Assembly: GCA_902797855.1 (NCBI GenBank) | Contig: CADBUI010000017.1 | Span: 6,560-70,559 of the forward strand | Direction of reading: 5' to 3' | Source: an uncultured Erysipelotrichaceae bacterium | GTDB lineage: Bacteria; Bacillota_I; Bacilli_A; RFN20; CAG-826 | Length of the DNA: 64,000 nt | In this document: positions 1 through 10,114 of the stretch, one piece after another | How positions within the stretch are numbered: position 1 is the stretch's first letter | Layout: the number at the start of each line of letters is the position of its first letter | The notes under the pieces: model-generated | What the model was told of the DNA's origin: nothing | Seen by the model: only the letters and a program-made list of their open reading frames with translations | Database searches by the model: none | Made by a program: the position numbers and the translations under genes

Positions 1-411
1 TGGAACATCATCATCTGCAACTTTGATTTCATCTTCATCGATATAATCATCTAAAAGAAGATCATCATCGTTTGAATCGACATTAAAGTCGATATCATCA
101 ATTTCTGCTTCATCATCATCGTTGACGACTTTCACACCATTAGATTGGAAATAATTGATTAAACCTTGAATGTCTTCATCGGTTAAATCATATCTTTCAG
201 TTGCTTCAGCAATCTCTGATTGCTCAATGGTGTTTTCTTCTTCCTTAGCTTTCTTTAAGAGTCTTTTCTTGATTTCATCGATGGTTTCAATATCATCATC
301 GAAGTCAACATCACTTACTTTGCTCTTAACTTCCTTGGCTTTGGTTGGTTTCTTTGCTTTTTTGACGTCTTTTTCAGCCTTTTTAGCGACTTTTTTCTTA
401 CTCTCTGCCAT
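1..411 (-). CDS. rpoD: RNA polymerase sigma factor RpoD/SigA, N-terminal part (gene runs off the left edge)
   Basis: Absent from the ORF track because no stop lies in the window. The reverse complement of 409-411 is ATG. The in-frame translation MAESKKKVAKKAEKDVKK...LTDEDIQGLINYFQSNGVKVVNDDD gives a basic then acidic sigma-70 region-1.1-like N-terminus. It lies 27 nt downstream of dnaG, as in the conserved dnaG-rpoD operon. Confidence 0.65.
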   Translation of the reverse strand, partial: MAESKKKVAKKAEKDVKKAKKPTKAKEVKSKVSDVDFDDDIETIDEIKKRLLKKAKEEENTIEQSEIAEATERYDLTDEDIQGLINYFQSNGVKVVNDDDEAEIDDIDFNVDSNDDDLLLDDYIDEDEIKVADDDVP

Positions 412-437
412 TTTCCTGTCCTACTTTCTTTCTAGTT

Positions 438-2249
438 TTATTTGCCCTTCTTTTGTGAATTTGTTCGCTTGAGGTAATCATTTAGAAGACGGGCTTGTTC
501 TTCTGGAGGTTTGCCTTCAAGTGCTTTTTCAATCATTGATCGTTCGTATAGTTTTTGACGTTCTTCACTAATAACGCTCATACACTCATCCATCGCACGC
601 TTATCGTAAAGAGATTCGTTCGTGTAGCCTAACAAAGTTATCTCATTCACTAATGCGTCTTTGTTCTCATTAGAGGATGTCATTATTGAATCGATTAATG
701 ATGTTAAATCTATCTTCTCGTTATGGGACATATATTCCACAACAAAGTTAGCTATTTGTCGGTATATTTCATTATAGAAATATTTGACATTATCTTCGTA
801 ATATTTCACCGCTTCTTTATGGAAGAGCATATTGGTAAGAACCATTTGTTCTGCCATATTTAACCTGCGGAGTTCTCTTTTAATCTTTTGTTTAGTGAAT
901 CTAGTCTCACCTGTGAAGTTAATTTCATCAGCGGCTTCTTTAGAAGATTGAACGGATTTAAAATCCTCCACGAAATCTTTAATCGCGTTAGCGTCAAAGC
1001 CAGTGACTTTCGAAAGTTTATAAATATAATCATTAAATTCTAGTTTCGACTTAGCGTTCACAAGCATAGGTGCGAAATGCTTAATGACTTTCTTTCTATC
1101 TTCGATTGAGCCTAATGGAGAAGTGTGTTCGTAGAAATTAAGAGCGAAATTGAATGGATCCACGAGTGAGTTTACGTACAAACGTAAATGCTCTTCACCT
1201 TCATTTTTAAGAATCTCGTCTGAGTCCTTAAATTTCTCATCAACTTTAGATACGAGTCGATAGTTCACTCCCGCTTCGTCAAATAATGAGATAATCTTCA
1301 TCATTGCAATTTGACCAGCATTATCGTTATCTAGACAAAGTCTAATTTCAACATTAAGTCTTCTTAATTGTTCGACATTGCTCTTTGTCATCGCTGTTCC
1401 CATTAGTCCAACGACTGAATGAATGCCTATGGCATCAAGAGCGAAGACATCCATAAATCCTTCAACAAGATATAAATATCCATCATGCTTTAAGAACTGC
1501 TTGGCGTTATGCATGTTATAAAGAACATTTCCTTTGGAAAATATCTTTGTTTCTGGCGAGTTAACATATTTAGTGTCATCATTGTCCACTAGTCGTCTAG
1601 CGGAGAATCCAACAACTTGTCCACTCGCATCTTTAATTGGGAAGATTAACCTTCCGGCATTATTATCCGACATGTTTTGGGTCTTCACTAAAGCAATACC
1701 AATATCTTCGATATTCTTTAATGAGAAACCCTTCTTTTGAAGATAATCAATCGAGACTTTTCCATCTTTAGGAGCATAGCCAATTGAGAATTTCTCAATC
1801 TGCTCTTTAGAGATTTTTCTATTCTGGAGATAATCACGAGCGATTTTTCCTTCATCAGTTAATAAGGAATATTCATAGAACTTTTGTAGTTCACTTATAC
1901 ATTTGTATAGAGGCACAACATTTTCATCGACATGACGAGCATAAACCTTCTCATGAAGACGCGGATCATCAAAGTTAATCATCTCAGCGACTTTACGTAT
2001 CGCTTGCTCGTATGTGATGTGTTCGTATTTAGAGACGAATCCAAAGACATCACCACTAGTTCCACAGACGAAACATTTAAAAATGTTCTTTTCTTTATTA
2101 ATAGATAAAGATGGATTATGGTCATCATGAAATGGACAGACAGCAAAATAGTTGCGACCTTTTTTGGTCACAGAAATATAAGAGCTAATGATATCAACAA
2201 TATCAGCCCTAGACTTAATCTCTTCAACTAATTCGTGATCAAGAGCCAT
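438..2249 (-). CDS. dnaG: DNA primase
   Basis: 603-aa ORF. CHC2 zinc finger CPFHDDHNPSLSINKEKNIFKCFVCGTSGD and TOPRIM block LYLVEGFMDVFAL. Lies directly upstream of rpoD. Confidence 0.95.
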   Translation of the reverse strand: MALDHELVEEIKSRADIVDIISSYISVTKKGRNYFAVCPFHDDHNPSLSINKEKNIFKCFVCGTSGDVFGFVSKYEHITYEQAIRKVAEMINFDDPRLHEKVYARHVDENVVPLYKCISELQKFYEYSLLTDEGKIARDYLQNRKISKEQIEKFSIGYAPKDGKVSIDYLQKKGFSLKNIEDIGIALVKTQNMSDNNAGRLIFPIKDASGQVVGFSARRLVDNDDTKYVNSPETKIFSKGNVLYNMHNAKQFLKHDGYLYLVEGFMDVFALDAIGIHSVVGLMGTAMTKSNVEQLRRLNVEIRLCLDNDNAGQIAMMKIISLFDEAGVNYRLVSKVDEKFKDSDEILKNEGEEHLRLYVNSLVDPFNFALNFYEHTSPLGSIEDRKKVIKHFAPMLVNAKSKLEFNDYIYKLSKVTGFDANAIKDFVEDFKSVQSSKEAADEINFTGETRFTKQKIKRELRRLNMAEQMVLTNMLFHKEAVKYYEDNVKYFYNEIYRQIANFVVEYMSHNEKIDLTSLIDSIMTSSNENKDALVNEITLLGYTNESLYDKRAMDECMSVISEERQKLYERSMIEKALEGKPPEEQARLLNDYLKRTNSQKKGK

Positions 2250-2291
2250 TTTCTTCCCCTTATTTTCTACTAATAAACTACTAATTTCTAA

Positions 2292-3662
2292 CTATTTATA
2301 AAGTTTCTCTTCGAGATATGCTTTAACTTCAGATATTGGAATTCTTACTTGTTCCATGCTGTCGCGGTCTCTAATAGTGACAGATTTATCTTCTTTGGTA
2401 TCGAAGTCTACTGTAATACAGTATGGTGTTCCGATAGCGTCTTGACGACGATAACGTTTACCAATTGAACCAGTTTCATCATATGTCACAGAGAAATATT
2501 TATTTATCTGTGCAAGCACAGCTTTTGCCTCTTCATTAAGTTGCTTGCTTAATGGAAGTACTGCTGCTAAATATGGAGCTAAGTGATTTGCAAAATGCAT
2601 GACAATTCTTGTCTCACCTTCTTTAACAACTTCTTCATCATATGCTTCGCATGCAACCATTAAGAAGATACGTTCAACACCCATAGATGGTTCAATACAA
2701 TATGGAACATATTTCTCTTGAGTTTCTGGGTCGAGATATTCTAAAGATTCTCCACTTGCGTCCATATGACGTTTTAAGTCGTAGTCTGTTCTATCGGCTA
2801 CGCCGAGAATTTCACCCCAACCGAATGGGAATAAATATTCAACGTCACATGTAGCTTTGCTATAGAAGGCTAATTCTTCAGGTTCATGATCTCTATAACG
2901 GAGATTCTCTTGAGAAATACCAAGAGATTCAATGAACTTAAGACTATAGTCTTTCCAATAGGCAAACCACTCTAAATCAGTGTTTGGTTTGCAGAAGAAT
3001 TCCATTTCCATTTGTTCGAATTCGCGCACACGGAAAATGAAGTTCCCTGGTGTAATTTCATTACGGAATGATTTACCAATATTGCAAATACCAAAAGGAA
3101 TTTTCTTACGAGATGTTCTTTGAACATTTTTGAAGTTAACAAACATGCCTTGAGCGGTTTCTGGTCTAAGATAGACAAGCGCTGCGCTATCTTCGGTAAC
3201 GCCAATATGAGTTTTGAACATCATATTAAATTGTCTAATATCGGTGAAATTTGATTTACCGCATTTTGGACATTTAACTTTGTTAGAACGAATAAATTCC
3301 ATCATTTGATCATTAGTCATTGCATGGACATCGACGTCTGGGAATTGTTCTTCAATGAGATTATCTGCTCTACTACGAGAGTGACATTCCTTACAGTCAA
3401 TAAGTGGATCATTGAATGTTGCAACGTGACCAGTCGCTTTCCATACGCCTGGGTTCATTAAGATAGCTGCATCAATTCCAACATTAGTTGGAGATTCTCT
3501 AACAAACTTCTCCCACCAATACTTTTTAATATTGTTTTTAAGTTCAACACCAAGTGGACCAAAGTCCCAAGAATTAGATAATCCACCATAGATTTCAGAA
3601 TCTTGGTAGACAAATCCACTAGTGATTAAATGATTAACAATTGCATCAAATTTCTTTTCCAT
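2292..3662 (-). CDS. glyQS: glycine--tRNA ligase (dimeric class II GlyQS type)
   Basis: 456-aa ORF. Class-II core block [25 protein letters not shown] and anticodon-binding C-terminus [11 protein letters not shown]. Conserved recO-glyQS-dnaG order. Confidence 0.95.
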   Translation of the reverse strand: MEKKFDAIVNHLITSGFVYQDSEIYGGLSNSWDFGPLGVELKNNIKKYWWEKFVRESPTNVGIDAAILMNPGVWKATGHVATFNDPLIDCKECHSRSRADNLIEEQFPDVDVHAMTNDQMMEFIRSNKVKCPKCGKSNFTDIRQFNMMFKTHIGVTEDSAALVYLRPETAQGMFVNFKNVQRTSRKKIPFGICNIGKSFRNEITPGNFIFRVREFEQMEMEFFCKPNTDLEWFAYWKDYSLKFIESLGISQENLRYRDHEPEELAFYSKATCDVEYLFPFGWGEILGVADRTDYDLKRHMDASGESLEYLDPETQEKYVPYCIEPSMGVERIFLMVACEAYDEEVVKEGETRIVMHFANHLAPYLAAVLPLSKQLNEEAKAVLAQINKYFSVTYDETGSIGKRYRRQDAIGTPYCITVDFDTKEDKSVTIRDRDSMEQVRIPISEVKAYLEEKLYK

Positions 3663-3754
3663 ATTTATATGTACCTCTTAAATACGACGTATAGATTATA
3701 TATTGAAGTTATAGCTTGTCAACCTATTATCAGTGTATTTTGCTATAAAAAAAT

Positions 3755-4474
3755 TTATGCCTTTCTAATTAAAGAAAGCGATTTGATTTCAACTTGTGTA
3801 ACTTCGTGACAGAAACTCGCTAGCTCATTTAATAGTTCAAGACACTCTTCTTTTTCAAAAGAAACTTGTCCAAATCTTTCTTTGTCTACCTTAAAAATGT
3901 AGCGAAGTATCTTAAGTTTACGAGGTGATGATTTAGCGTGATTAAGGCTATCAAAACAATTCTCACAAATAAATCCCCCATCCATATAGTTAATGGCGAC
4001 TATTTGGCTTTTTTGACCGCAAAAAACGCAACTATCAACTTCGAGTCCATAGCCAGCAACGTTAAGTACCTTAGCGAAATAGACAATAGCAACTGTATAT
4101 GGATCAAATCCACTATTGAGTAATTGTAGACTCTTTTCTAAATATCCATATAAATATGGGGCGTCATCTGACTGCACTAGTTTATTAGTGATTTCTCCAA
4201 TGAAATCTAAGACGGCTAATCGCGATAAATCTTCTTTTATGTGCTCATATGAATCTAGTAATTCACCACTTCGTAAGGAAAAACCATCCTTTCCTTTTGT
4301 GATAGCAAATCTAGAATGAGCGTAATTATTCACGCTAGAAGCATTCTTAGAGTCCATCTTGAGGGCTCCTCTAGCGAGAAAAGATCTCATCTTATCATTC
4401 GATAAGACATTGACCACTAAGTCATGTTCACGGAAAGGTGTTGTCCTTATTACAATACCTTCAAATTCAATCAT
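3755..4474 (-). CDS. recO: DNA repair protein RecO
   Basis: 239 aa. OB-fold-like N-terminus and Cys cluster CVFCG...CENC. Sits immediately downstream of era. Confidence 0.88.
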   Translation of the reverse strand: MIEFEGIVIRTTPFREHDLVVNVLSNDKMRSFLARGALKMDSKNASSVNNYAHSRFAITKGKDGFSLRSGELLDSYEHIKEDLSRLAVLDFIGEITNKLVQSDDAPYLYGYLEKSLQLLNSGFDPYTVAIVYFAKVLNVAGYGLEVDSCVFCGQKSQIVAINYMDGGFICENCFDSLNHAKSSPRKLKILRYIFKVDKERFGQVSFEKEECLELLNELASFCHEVTQVEIKSLSLIRKA

Positions 4475-4476
4475 AA

Positions 4477-5349
4477 TTATTTATATCCGAGTTCTTTAAG
4501 TAATCTAGGATTATTGAGCCAGTCTTCTTTAACTGATACGAACATTTCAAGGAAGATTCGCTTAGCGAAATATTCTTCAAGATCCACTCTCGCTTTCATT
4601 CCAATGGCTTTGAGGCGTTTGCCACCTTTACCAATTACAATGCCCTTGTGAGAGTCTTTATCAACAATAATTGTTGCGTTTATATAAACTGTATCTTTTT
4701 TATGCTTAATTTCATCCACTCTCACTGCTAAGTCGTGAGGAACTTCTTCTTTAAGGATTAAAAGAGCTTTCTCTCTAATTACCTCACTCACGAAGAAACT
4801 AGCGTCTTTATCAGAGATAGCATCCTTAGGGAAATAACGTGGACCTTCTTTAATAACTGATTTAATCTCCTTAAGGAGAAAATCTAAATTGAAGTCATCT
4901 TTGGCACTGGTTTCAATAATCTTTGCGTTTGGATAAGCTTCTTTATATTTAGCTTTGATGGCTTCAGCTTCTGGAAGCCTCACTAAATCAATTTTATTAA
5001 TTGCGATATAAAGTGGAATATCTTTTGGTAGAGCTTCCGAAATAAATTCGTCTCCCCTATCAAAATTCCTTGATGCATCTACCACTAAGATGACAGCATC
5101 AACATCCTTAGCACTATTAAGTGCTTCTTTGTTCATTTGTCTACCAAGAGCATGATAGGCTTTATGAATCCCAGGAGTGTCTACGAAGACAATCTGGTAT
5201 TCATCATCATCATATATTCCCTTGATAGCGTTTCTTGTTGTTTGGGCTTTATCAGTGACAATTGAAATCTTTCGCTCTAAAAGAGCGTTAAGAATAGTAG
5301 ATTTACCGACATTTGGTCGGCCAACAATTGCGACAAAGCCTGTTTTCAT
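4477..5349 (-). CDS. era: GTPase Era
   Basis: GRPNVGKST (G1), DTPG (G3), NKID (G4) and a C-terminal KH-like domain. 290 aa. Confidence 0.95.
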   Translation of the reverse strand: MKTGFVAIVGRPNVGKSTILNALLERKISIVTDKAQTTRNAIKGIYDDDEYQIVFVDTPGIHKAYHALGRQMNKEALNSAKDVDAVILVVDASRNFDRGDEFISEALPKDIPLYIAINKIDLVRLPEAEAIKAKYKEAYPNAKIIETSAKDDFNLDFLLKEIKSVIKEGPRYFPKDAISDKDASFFVSEVIREKALLILKEEVPHDLAVRVDEIKHKKDTVYINATIIVDKDSHKGIVIGKGGKRLKAIGMKARVDLEEYFAKRIFLEMFVSVKEDWLNNPRLLKELGYK

Positions 5350-5350
5350 T

Positions 5351-5752
5351 TTATTTTAAATCATCTTCGCTAAAAGCGAATGGGAGAAGTTCTTTGATAT
5401 TTGTTTCTTGAACTTTTCCTTTTAAGTTTGCCATGAGGATTGGAGCGTCGCTTGGAAGTAATTCACTGATAACTTGACGGCAAGCACCACAAGGTGAACA
5501 TGGTCCTTCAGTATCGGCGGCTAAAGCAAGCATTACAATATCGTCTTTCTTGATGCCATGCATATATGCATTATAGATAGCGTTTCTTTCTGCGCACATA
5601 CAAAGTGGGTATGAAGAGTTTTCAACATTTGCCCCTAAAAAGACTTCACCACTTTTAGTGAGAACGGCTGCACCGACAGCAAAGTGTGAATAAGGTGAGT
5701 AAGATAACTTACGAGCCTCTTTTGCCTTTTCAACTAATTCTAGTTTTTCCAT
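5351..5752 (-). CDS. cdd: cytidine deaminase
   Basis: 133 aa. Zinc ligand motifs CAERNA and CSPCGACRQ. Confidence 0.9.
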   Translation of the reverse strand: MEKLELVEKAKEARKLSYSPYSHFAVGAAVLTKSGEVFLGANVENSSYPLCMCAERNAIYNAYMHGIKKDDIVMLALAADTEGPCSPCGACRQVISELLPSDAPILMANLKGKVQETNIKELLPFAFSEDDLK

Positions 5753-5753
5753 T

Positions 5754-6200
5754 TTAACGACCTCCTAATATATCGTCTTGAAGTTTAAACATCTCTTTTT
5801 CGTCCTTCTCATTCATGTGATCATAACCAAGAAGATGAAGGAGACCATGAACAAATAAGAATGACATTTCTCTATTTAGAGAATGGCCATATTCTTTCGC
5901 TTGTTCTTCAGCCTTTTGATACGAAATAAGGATTTGCCCAAGTGATTTTGGAGCATCCCCTTTTACAAGGGACTCATTTTCATCGTCAAAGAAAGCGAAG
6001 CTGATGACATCAGTTGGACGATCGACACCTCTATATTCTTTGTTGATTTTGTGGATTTCTTGATTATCTATGATTGTGACATCGACAATATAATTATCTT
6101 TAATAGATAAAAATGACAATGTCTTCTTCATTAAGTCATTAAAGACTTTTTCGTAAGCACTATACTGTGCTGGTCCTAGATTCTCAAAATCAAGCTCCAT
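5754..6200 (-). CDS. ybeY: rRNA maturation endoribonuclease YbeY
   Basis: 148 aa. Metal-binding motif HGLLHLLGYDH. Confidence 0.92.
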   Translation of the reverse strand: MELDFENLGPAQYSAYEKVFNDLMKKTLSFLSIKDNYIVDVTIIDNQEIHKINKEYRGVDRPTDVISFAFFDDENESLVKGDAPKSLGQILISYQKAEEQAKEYGHSLNREMSFLFVHGLLHLLGYDHMNEKDEKEMFKLQDDILGGR

Positions 6201-6227
6201 AATTTGGGACTTAATTATAGCACACCT

Positions 6228-7424
6228 TTATTCTATTGAAATAGAAATGTTTTCGACGAAACGAGCTTTGGCTTTCAAATAGTTCACTTGTTCATCGTCA
6301 TATCCCACCGCCTTTCTCATTTGTTCAAATAAGACAAAGTAAATACCAAAGGTAAAGATGATGAAATTCGTGCTAACAACATGAGAGGCCATCATGAGTA
6401 AGACACTAACAACAAGTAGTAAGAAAGTGTATAAGCATCTTTTCACTGAGAAATTAAACCCTTTCTTATTTGCTCTATCAGAAAGGAGGAGGAGATTATC
6501 GATATAGTCTTCATCTTTATCATTACTAATGATTGAGTTCTCTATAATAGAGAGTTCTTGATCGCTCTTATCTTTCTTAGTAAAAATTTGGTCCACTATT
6601 GCGACAAGTAAAAAGAAAAGGATAGCGAAAGCATTGATAGGATTATTCAAAATTAGGACCGTAACGATAATGGCGATGAGTAAGATGTAGACTAACCCGT
6701 TACGAGGCGTATTGAAGTATCTAGTTTTGAAGTCTAAATAGGCTACATAGGCTTCTTTTCTGCTTAGCTTACTTCCTTCCATAAACCTTCTTAAATAATT
6801 GTCATCAAAATATTTTATATTTTTGATAATGTACCAATTTTCTACTAATTCAAAGATAGAAAAGGCAATGATGAAGATAAGAGGCAATATGATTAACTCA
6901 TCCTCCTTGACGAAGAAAAACCCCACTACTAAAGAGACCATTGATAGGGTGTGAAGTATCAATGACGGAAGGCTTCTAGATAGTGGCATTATCTTCATTG
7001 GTCTAGCTTCATATGGATGAATGTTATTTTTCTCGACCTCAAGATAACTTCCATCCCAGAGCTCTGCAAACTTATCTTTAGATAGAACGCACGCGCCTAT
7101 AAGTGGATCAACATAATACACCTTCTTCTTTGTGAGCTTATAGACATAGACTAGATGATTGTTGTACGCCTTTTCATCATTTAGATTAACTAGCCCAGGC
7201 GCGTTATTAACAAAAGACAAGTCTTTATCTTGATCTAGATATCCTTTTAAAGTTAAACCATGTTCATCAGCGATATTAATAATATCCTCATAGGTGTAGT
7301 TTTCCTTTTTTAAAGGTTTATCTAGATATAGATACGATTTATTTTTACCTAGATTTGCAAGAAGCATTTTAAGCGACGCAAATCCACAATCGTGATCATT
7401 ACCTTGATAGCATATATAAAGCAT
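6228..7424 (-). CDS. C39-type cysteine peptidase domain fused to a polytopic membrane domain (no ABC ATPase)
   Basis: 398 aa. N-terminal block YQGNDHDCGFASLKMLL (Cys), then NHLVYVYK (His) and YYVDP (Asp), followed by about 6 hydrophobic helices. GGAGG lies 7 nt upstream of the ATG. Confidence 0.7.
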   Translation of the reverse strand: MLYICYQGNDHDCGFASLKMLLANLGKNKSYLYLDKPLKKENYTYEDIINIADEHGLTLKGYLDQDKDLSFVNNAPGLVNLNDEKAYNNHLVYVYKLTKKKVYYVDPLIGACVLSKDKFAELWDGSYLEVEKNNIHPYEARPMKIMPLSRSLPSLILHTLSMVSLVVGFFFVKEDELIILPLIFIIAFSIFELVENWYIIKNIKYFDDNYLRRFMEGSKLSRKEAYVAYLDFKTRYFNTPRNGLVYILLIAIIVTVLILNNPINAFAILFFLLVAIVDQIFTKKDKSDQELSIIENSIISNDKDEDYIDNLLLLSDRANKKGFNFSVKRCLYTFLLLVVSVLLMMASHVVSTNFIIFTFGIYFVLFEQMRKAVGYDDEQVNYLKAKARFVENISISIE

Positions 7425-7549
7425 AATTTTACCTCCGAAAGAGAAGAAAGAAGGGCCAAACTAAGATAGATATATTGGTATGGATGAAAATGAGTTTTGG
7501 GATTGTTGATTATTTAAATGGACAATTCATTCCCTTTTTTCTTCCCTAT

Positions 7550-7634
7550 TACTTTATTGGGGTAAAGTTTCTAAAAAAGGTCCACTTTTTTGAAAAAAAT
7601 TTTTAAAATAAAAAAATGGAGACAAAGTCTCCAT
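7550..7634 (-). repeat. intergenic module, copy A (13-nt box TACTTTATTGGGG, a degenerate A/T-flanked hairpin, and the GGAGAC-AAA-GTCTCC terminator)
   Basis: The same 13-mer and the same 17-nt palindrome TGGAGACAAAGTCTCCA occur with almost identical spacing at 37904-37987. Confidence 0.55.
7605..7634 (-). terminator. rho-independent terminator downstream of rpsU
   Basis: Minus strand reads ATGGAGACTTTGTCTCCAT followed by TTTTTTTATTTT. Confidence 0.8.
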
Positions 7635-7658
7635 AATTTTGTCATAATCTTATTAATC

Positions 7659-7832
7659 TTAGTACGATTTACGACGAGCCATCTCACTTTTTAGCTTACG
7701 TTTTAAGCCTGGTTTGAGATAGAATTCTCTTTTACGTGCTTCTTGGAGAACGCCAGACTTGTTCACTTGACGTTTAAAGCGACGAAGAGCTTCGTCTAAC
7801 GATTCGTTTTCACGAACAACTGTTTTTGGCAT
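7659..7832 (-). CDS. rpsU: 30S ribosomal protein S21
   Basis: [27 protein letters not shown]... The start was moved from the ORF-track position 7898 to ATG 7832 (AAAGGAGA RBS upstream). The longer form would overlap the deoC 3' end. Confidence 0.9.
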   Translation of the reverse strand: MPKTVVRENESLDEALRRFKRQVNKSGVLQEARKREFYLKPGLKRKLKSEMARRKSY

Positions 7833-7867
7833 GTTTTCATCTCCTTTCGTACGTATAATTTTTAGGA

Positions 7868-8512
7868 TTATAAACCTTTGACAATTTCGACACCGCAAGA
7901 TGCACCGATACGGCTTGCACCTGCTTCAACCATGGCTTTAGCTTCGCTAGCATTATGGATACCACCACTAGCTTTAACACCAAGTTTATCGCCGACTGTC
8001 TTTCTCATTAAGCTAACAGCGTGAACTGTAGCACCACCTTTTGAGAATCCGGTGGATGTCTTCACGAAATCTGCTCCAGCTCTCATTGATGCTTTACAGC
8101 ATTCAACGATTTCGTTATCGCTAAGGAGACAGGTTTCAAGAATAACCTTTAATAAACGGCCTTTGCAACCTTCTTTGACGAGTCTAATTTCGTCTTCGAC
8201 GTATTTGAAGTTTCCTTCTTTGGCCATGGAAATATTGATAACCATATCAACTTCATCTGCACCGTTATCAACGGCGAGAGTTGCTTCATAAGCTTTGCTT
8301 TCTGGAAGAGTTGCACCGAGTGGGAATCCAACAACAGTACAGACTTTAACTACGCTACCTTTTAATAACTTAGCGGCAAGTGGGACAAATCCAGGATTGA
8401 CGCAAACGCTTGCGAATTCATATTCTTTTGCTTCAGCGCAGAGCTTTTCAATTGCTGCTACAGAAGCATCAGCTTTAAGTAATGTGTGATCGATAATTCT
8501 ATTAATTTCCAT
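7868..8512 (-). CDS. deoC: deoxyribose-phosphate aldolase
   Basis: 214 aa class-I aldolase. Schiff-base lysine context [10 protein letters not shown]. Confidence 0.9.
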   Translation of the reverse strand: MEINRIIDHTLLKADASVAAIEKLCAEAKEYEFASVCVNPGFVPLAAKLLKGSVVKVCTVVGFPLGATLPESKAYEATLAVDNGADEVDMVINISMAKEGNFKYVEDEIRLVKEGCKGRLLKVILETCLLSDNEIVECCKASMRAGADFVKTSTGFSKGGATVHAVSLMRKTVGDKLGVKASGGIHNASEAKAMVEAGASRIGASCGVEIVKGL

Positions 8513-8568
8513 TTTTTCACCTCGTAACTTTGATTATAGCATTTTAATTATTGCTATAAAACAAATAA

Positions 8569-8757
8569 TTATTCAGCTTTTTGAGCGACTTTAACAACTT
8601 CCTTACCGTTATAATATCCACATTTTGGACAAACGTTATGAGATTTAATTGTTGCACCACAATTTGGGCATGTAATTAGACCGCTGACAGAGAGTTTGAA
8701 GTGAGTTCTTCTCATTCTTTTGCTGGTCTTACTAGTTCTTCTGAATGGGACTGCCAT
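8569..8757 (-). CDS. rpmF: 50S ribosomal protein L32
   Basis: 62 aa. [19 protein letters not shown] plus a CPNCG...CPKCG zinc ribbon. Confidence 0.92.
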   Translation of the reverse strand: MAVPFRRTSKTSKRMRRTHFKLSVSGLITCPNCGATIKSHNVCPKCGYYNGKEVVKVAQKAE

Positions 8758-8788
8758 ATTGACTTCCTCCTTTTACAAAACGCACTAA

Positions 8789-8816
8789 ATTATAGATTAT
8801 TAAAAATAATAGTCAA
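8789..8816 (-). promoter_or_regulatory. sigma-A type promoter for rpmF
   Basis: Minus strand reads TTGACT, 16 nt, TATAAT, about 30 nt upstream of the rpmF RBS AAGGAGGAAG. Confidence 0.5.
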
Positions 8817-8860
8817 TAACTTTTCATACAATGTTTAATATTTTTGTATTTTCTTACGAT

Positions 8861-10114
8861 TTATTCTACTTTTAGTTTATATATTTTTCCTATATAACTA
8901 TCAGGTAAATCGCATCCTAATTTTAAATAATTAGATGTAAAGCCATATAGCTTATGATCGTGCTTGTTTCTTTCTTCAAGAATTACTTCGAGCTCTTTTC
9001 CAACAAACTTCTCGCGGTAGTCTTTTTCAAGAATCTTAGAGAGCTCTAATAATTTCGCTACTCTACTTGCTTTAACTTCTGGAGAAATTTGATTGTCCAT
9101 TGAATAGGCTTTTGTTCCTTCTCTAGCAGAGAAAGGGAAAACATGAAGTTCAGCAAAATTAACTTTCTTAATAAAGTTATATGTTTCAAGGAATTCTTCC
9201 TCAATCTCACCTGGAAAACCTACAATAACATCTGTGGTAATAGAAATATCTGGGCGAACTTTTCTAATTCTTTCGACTTTCTTAATAAAGTCATCAACGT
9301 TATATTTTCTTCCCATGCGTTTAAGGACACTACTAGAACCACTTTGAAGTGGCATATGTAGGTGATTTGCAATATTTGGATACTTCTCTAGTAGAGAAAT
9401 GAATTTATCATCTATTTCACTTTCTTCAATAGAAGAAATTCTTAGTCGATATAGTCCAGGAAGTTTAACAATCTCCTCTACTAAATCAGAGAATGAAACA
9501 CCTTTGATATCGACTCCATAATGTGCAGTGTGAATTCCAGTTAGAACAAATTCTTTGTACCCTTTAAAAATTAGATAGTTAATCTCGGAGATAATTTCGT
9601 CTTTATCTCTTGAACGAGCAACCCCTCTAGTGATAGGAATTGTGCAGTATGTACAAAAATTGTTACATCCATCTTCGATTTTGATGTACGCTCTTGTGTG
9701 TTCAAGCATGACTGGAACACCAAAAGATTCATACTTAAAGTGTCTAGTGTCTTTATCTATTTTTACAATTTGAGTGTGACTATTTTGGAACTTTTTTACT
9801 AAATCAAAAACTTGGTTTCGATAGGATGTCCCAATGATGATGTCTGCTCCACAATTTGAGGCGACATATTCACTCGCATTTTGTGAATAGCAACCCATCA
9901 CCACAATAATTGCGTTAGGAAATTTCTTCCTATATCTTCTAATTATTTGACGTGATTTTTGATCAGCAACGCTAGTGACACTACAAGTGTTAATAATTAA
10001 AACATCTGGATTATCTTTACTAAGAGAATATCCATTTCTTAAAAAGACTTCTTTTAGGGCACCTACTTCGTAGGAATTAACTTTACAACCTAAACTAATC
10101 GTGTCTAATGTCAT
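8861..10114 (-). CDS. mtaB: radical-SAM methylthiotransferase, MtaB/YqeV type
   Basis: 417 aa. MTTase N-domain, radical-SAM CNNFCTYC and a TRAM-like C-terminus. Its position matches B. subtilis yqeV. Confidence 0.85.
   Translation of the reverse strand: MTLDTISLGCKVNSYEVGALKEVFLRNGYSLSKDNPDVLIINTCSVTSVADQKSRQIIRRYRKKFPNAIIVVMGCYSQNASEYVASNCGADIIIGTSYRNQVFDLVKKFQNSHTQIVKIDKDTRHFKYESFGVPVMLEHTRAYIKIEDGCNNFCTYCTIPITRGVARSRDKDEIISEINYLIFKGYKEFVLTGIHTAHYGVDIKGVSFSDLVEEIVKLPGLYRLRISSIEESEIDDKFISLLEKYPNIANHLHMPLQSGSSSVLKRMGRKYNVDDFIKKVERIRKVRPDISITTDVIVGFPGEIEEEFLETYNFIKKVNFAELHVFPFSAREGTKAYSMDNQISPEVKASRVAKLLELSKILEKDYREKFVGKELEVILEERNKHDHKLYGFTSNYLKLGCDLPDSYIGKIYKLKVE

Noticed and set aside
170-472. 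100-aa plus-strand ORF across the rpoD/dnaG junction
   Set aside because: It is the antisense shadow of the acidic/basic rpoD N-terminus and the dnaG 3' end. The Ser/Leu/Phe-rich translation is typical of reverse frames in AT-rich DNA.
3663-3754. Possible glycine T-box leader upstream of glyQS
   Set aside because: The spacer is only 92 nt and contains no AGAGA, GGTGGTACC-type T-box sequence or terminator/antiterminator pair. glyQS is probably co-transcribed with recO.
7425-7658. Search for a double-glycine leader peptide (C39 substrate) in the spacer upstream of the C39-TM gene, including a 43-aa plus-strand ORF starting near 7485
   Set aside because: No GG or GA leader motif was found, there is no convincing RBS, and the ORF runs through the terminator hairpin.
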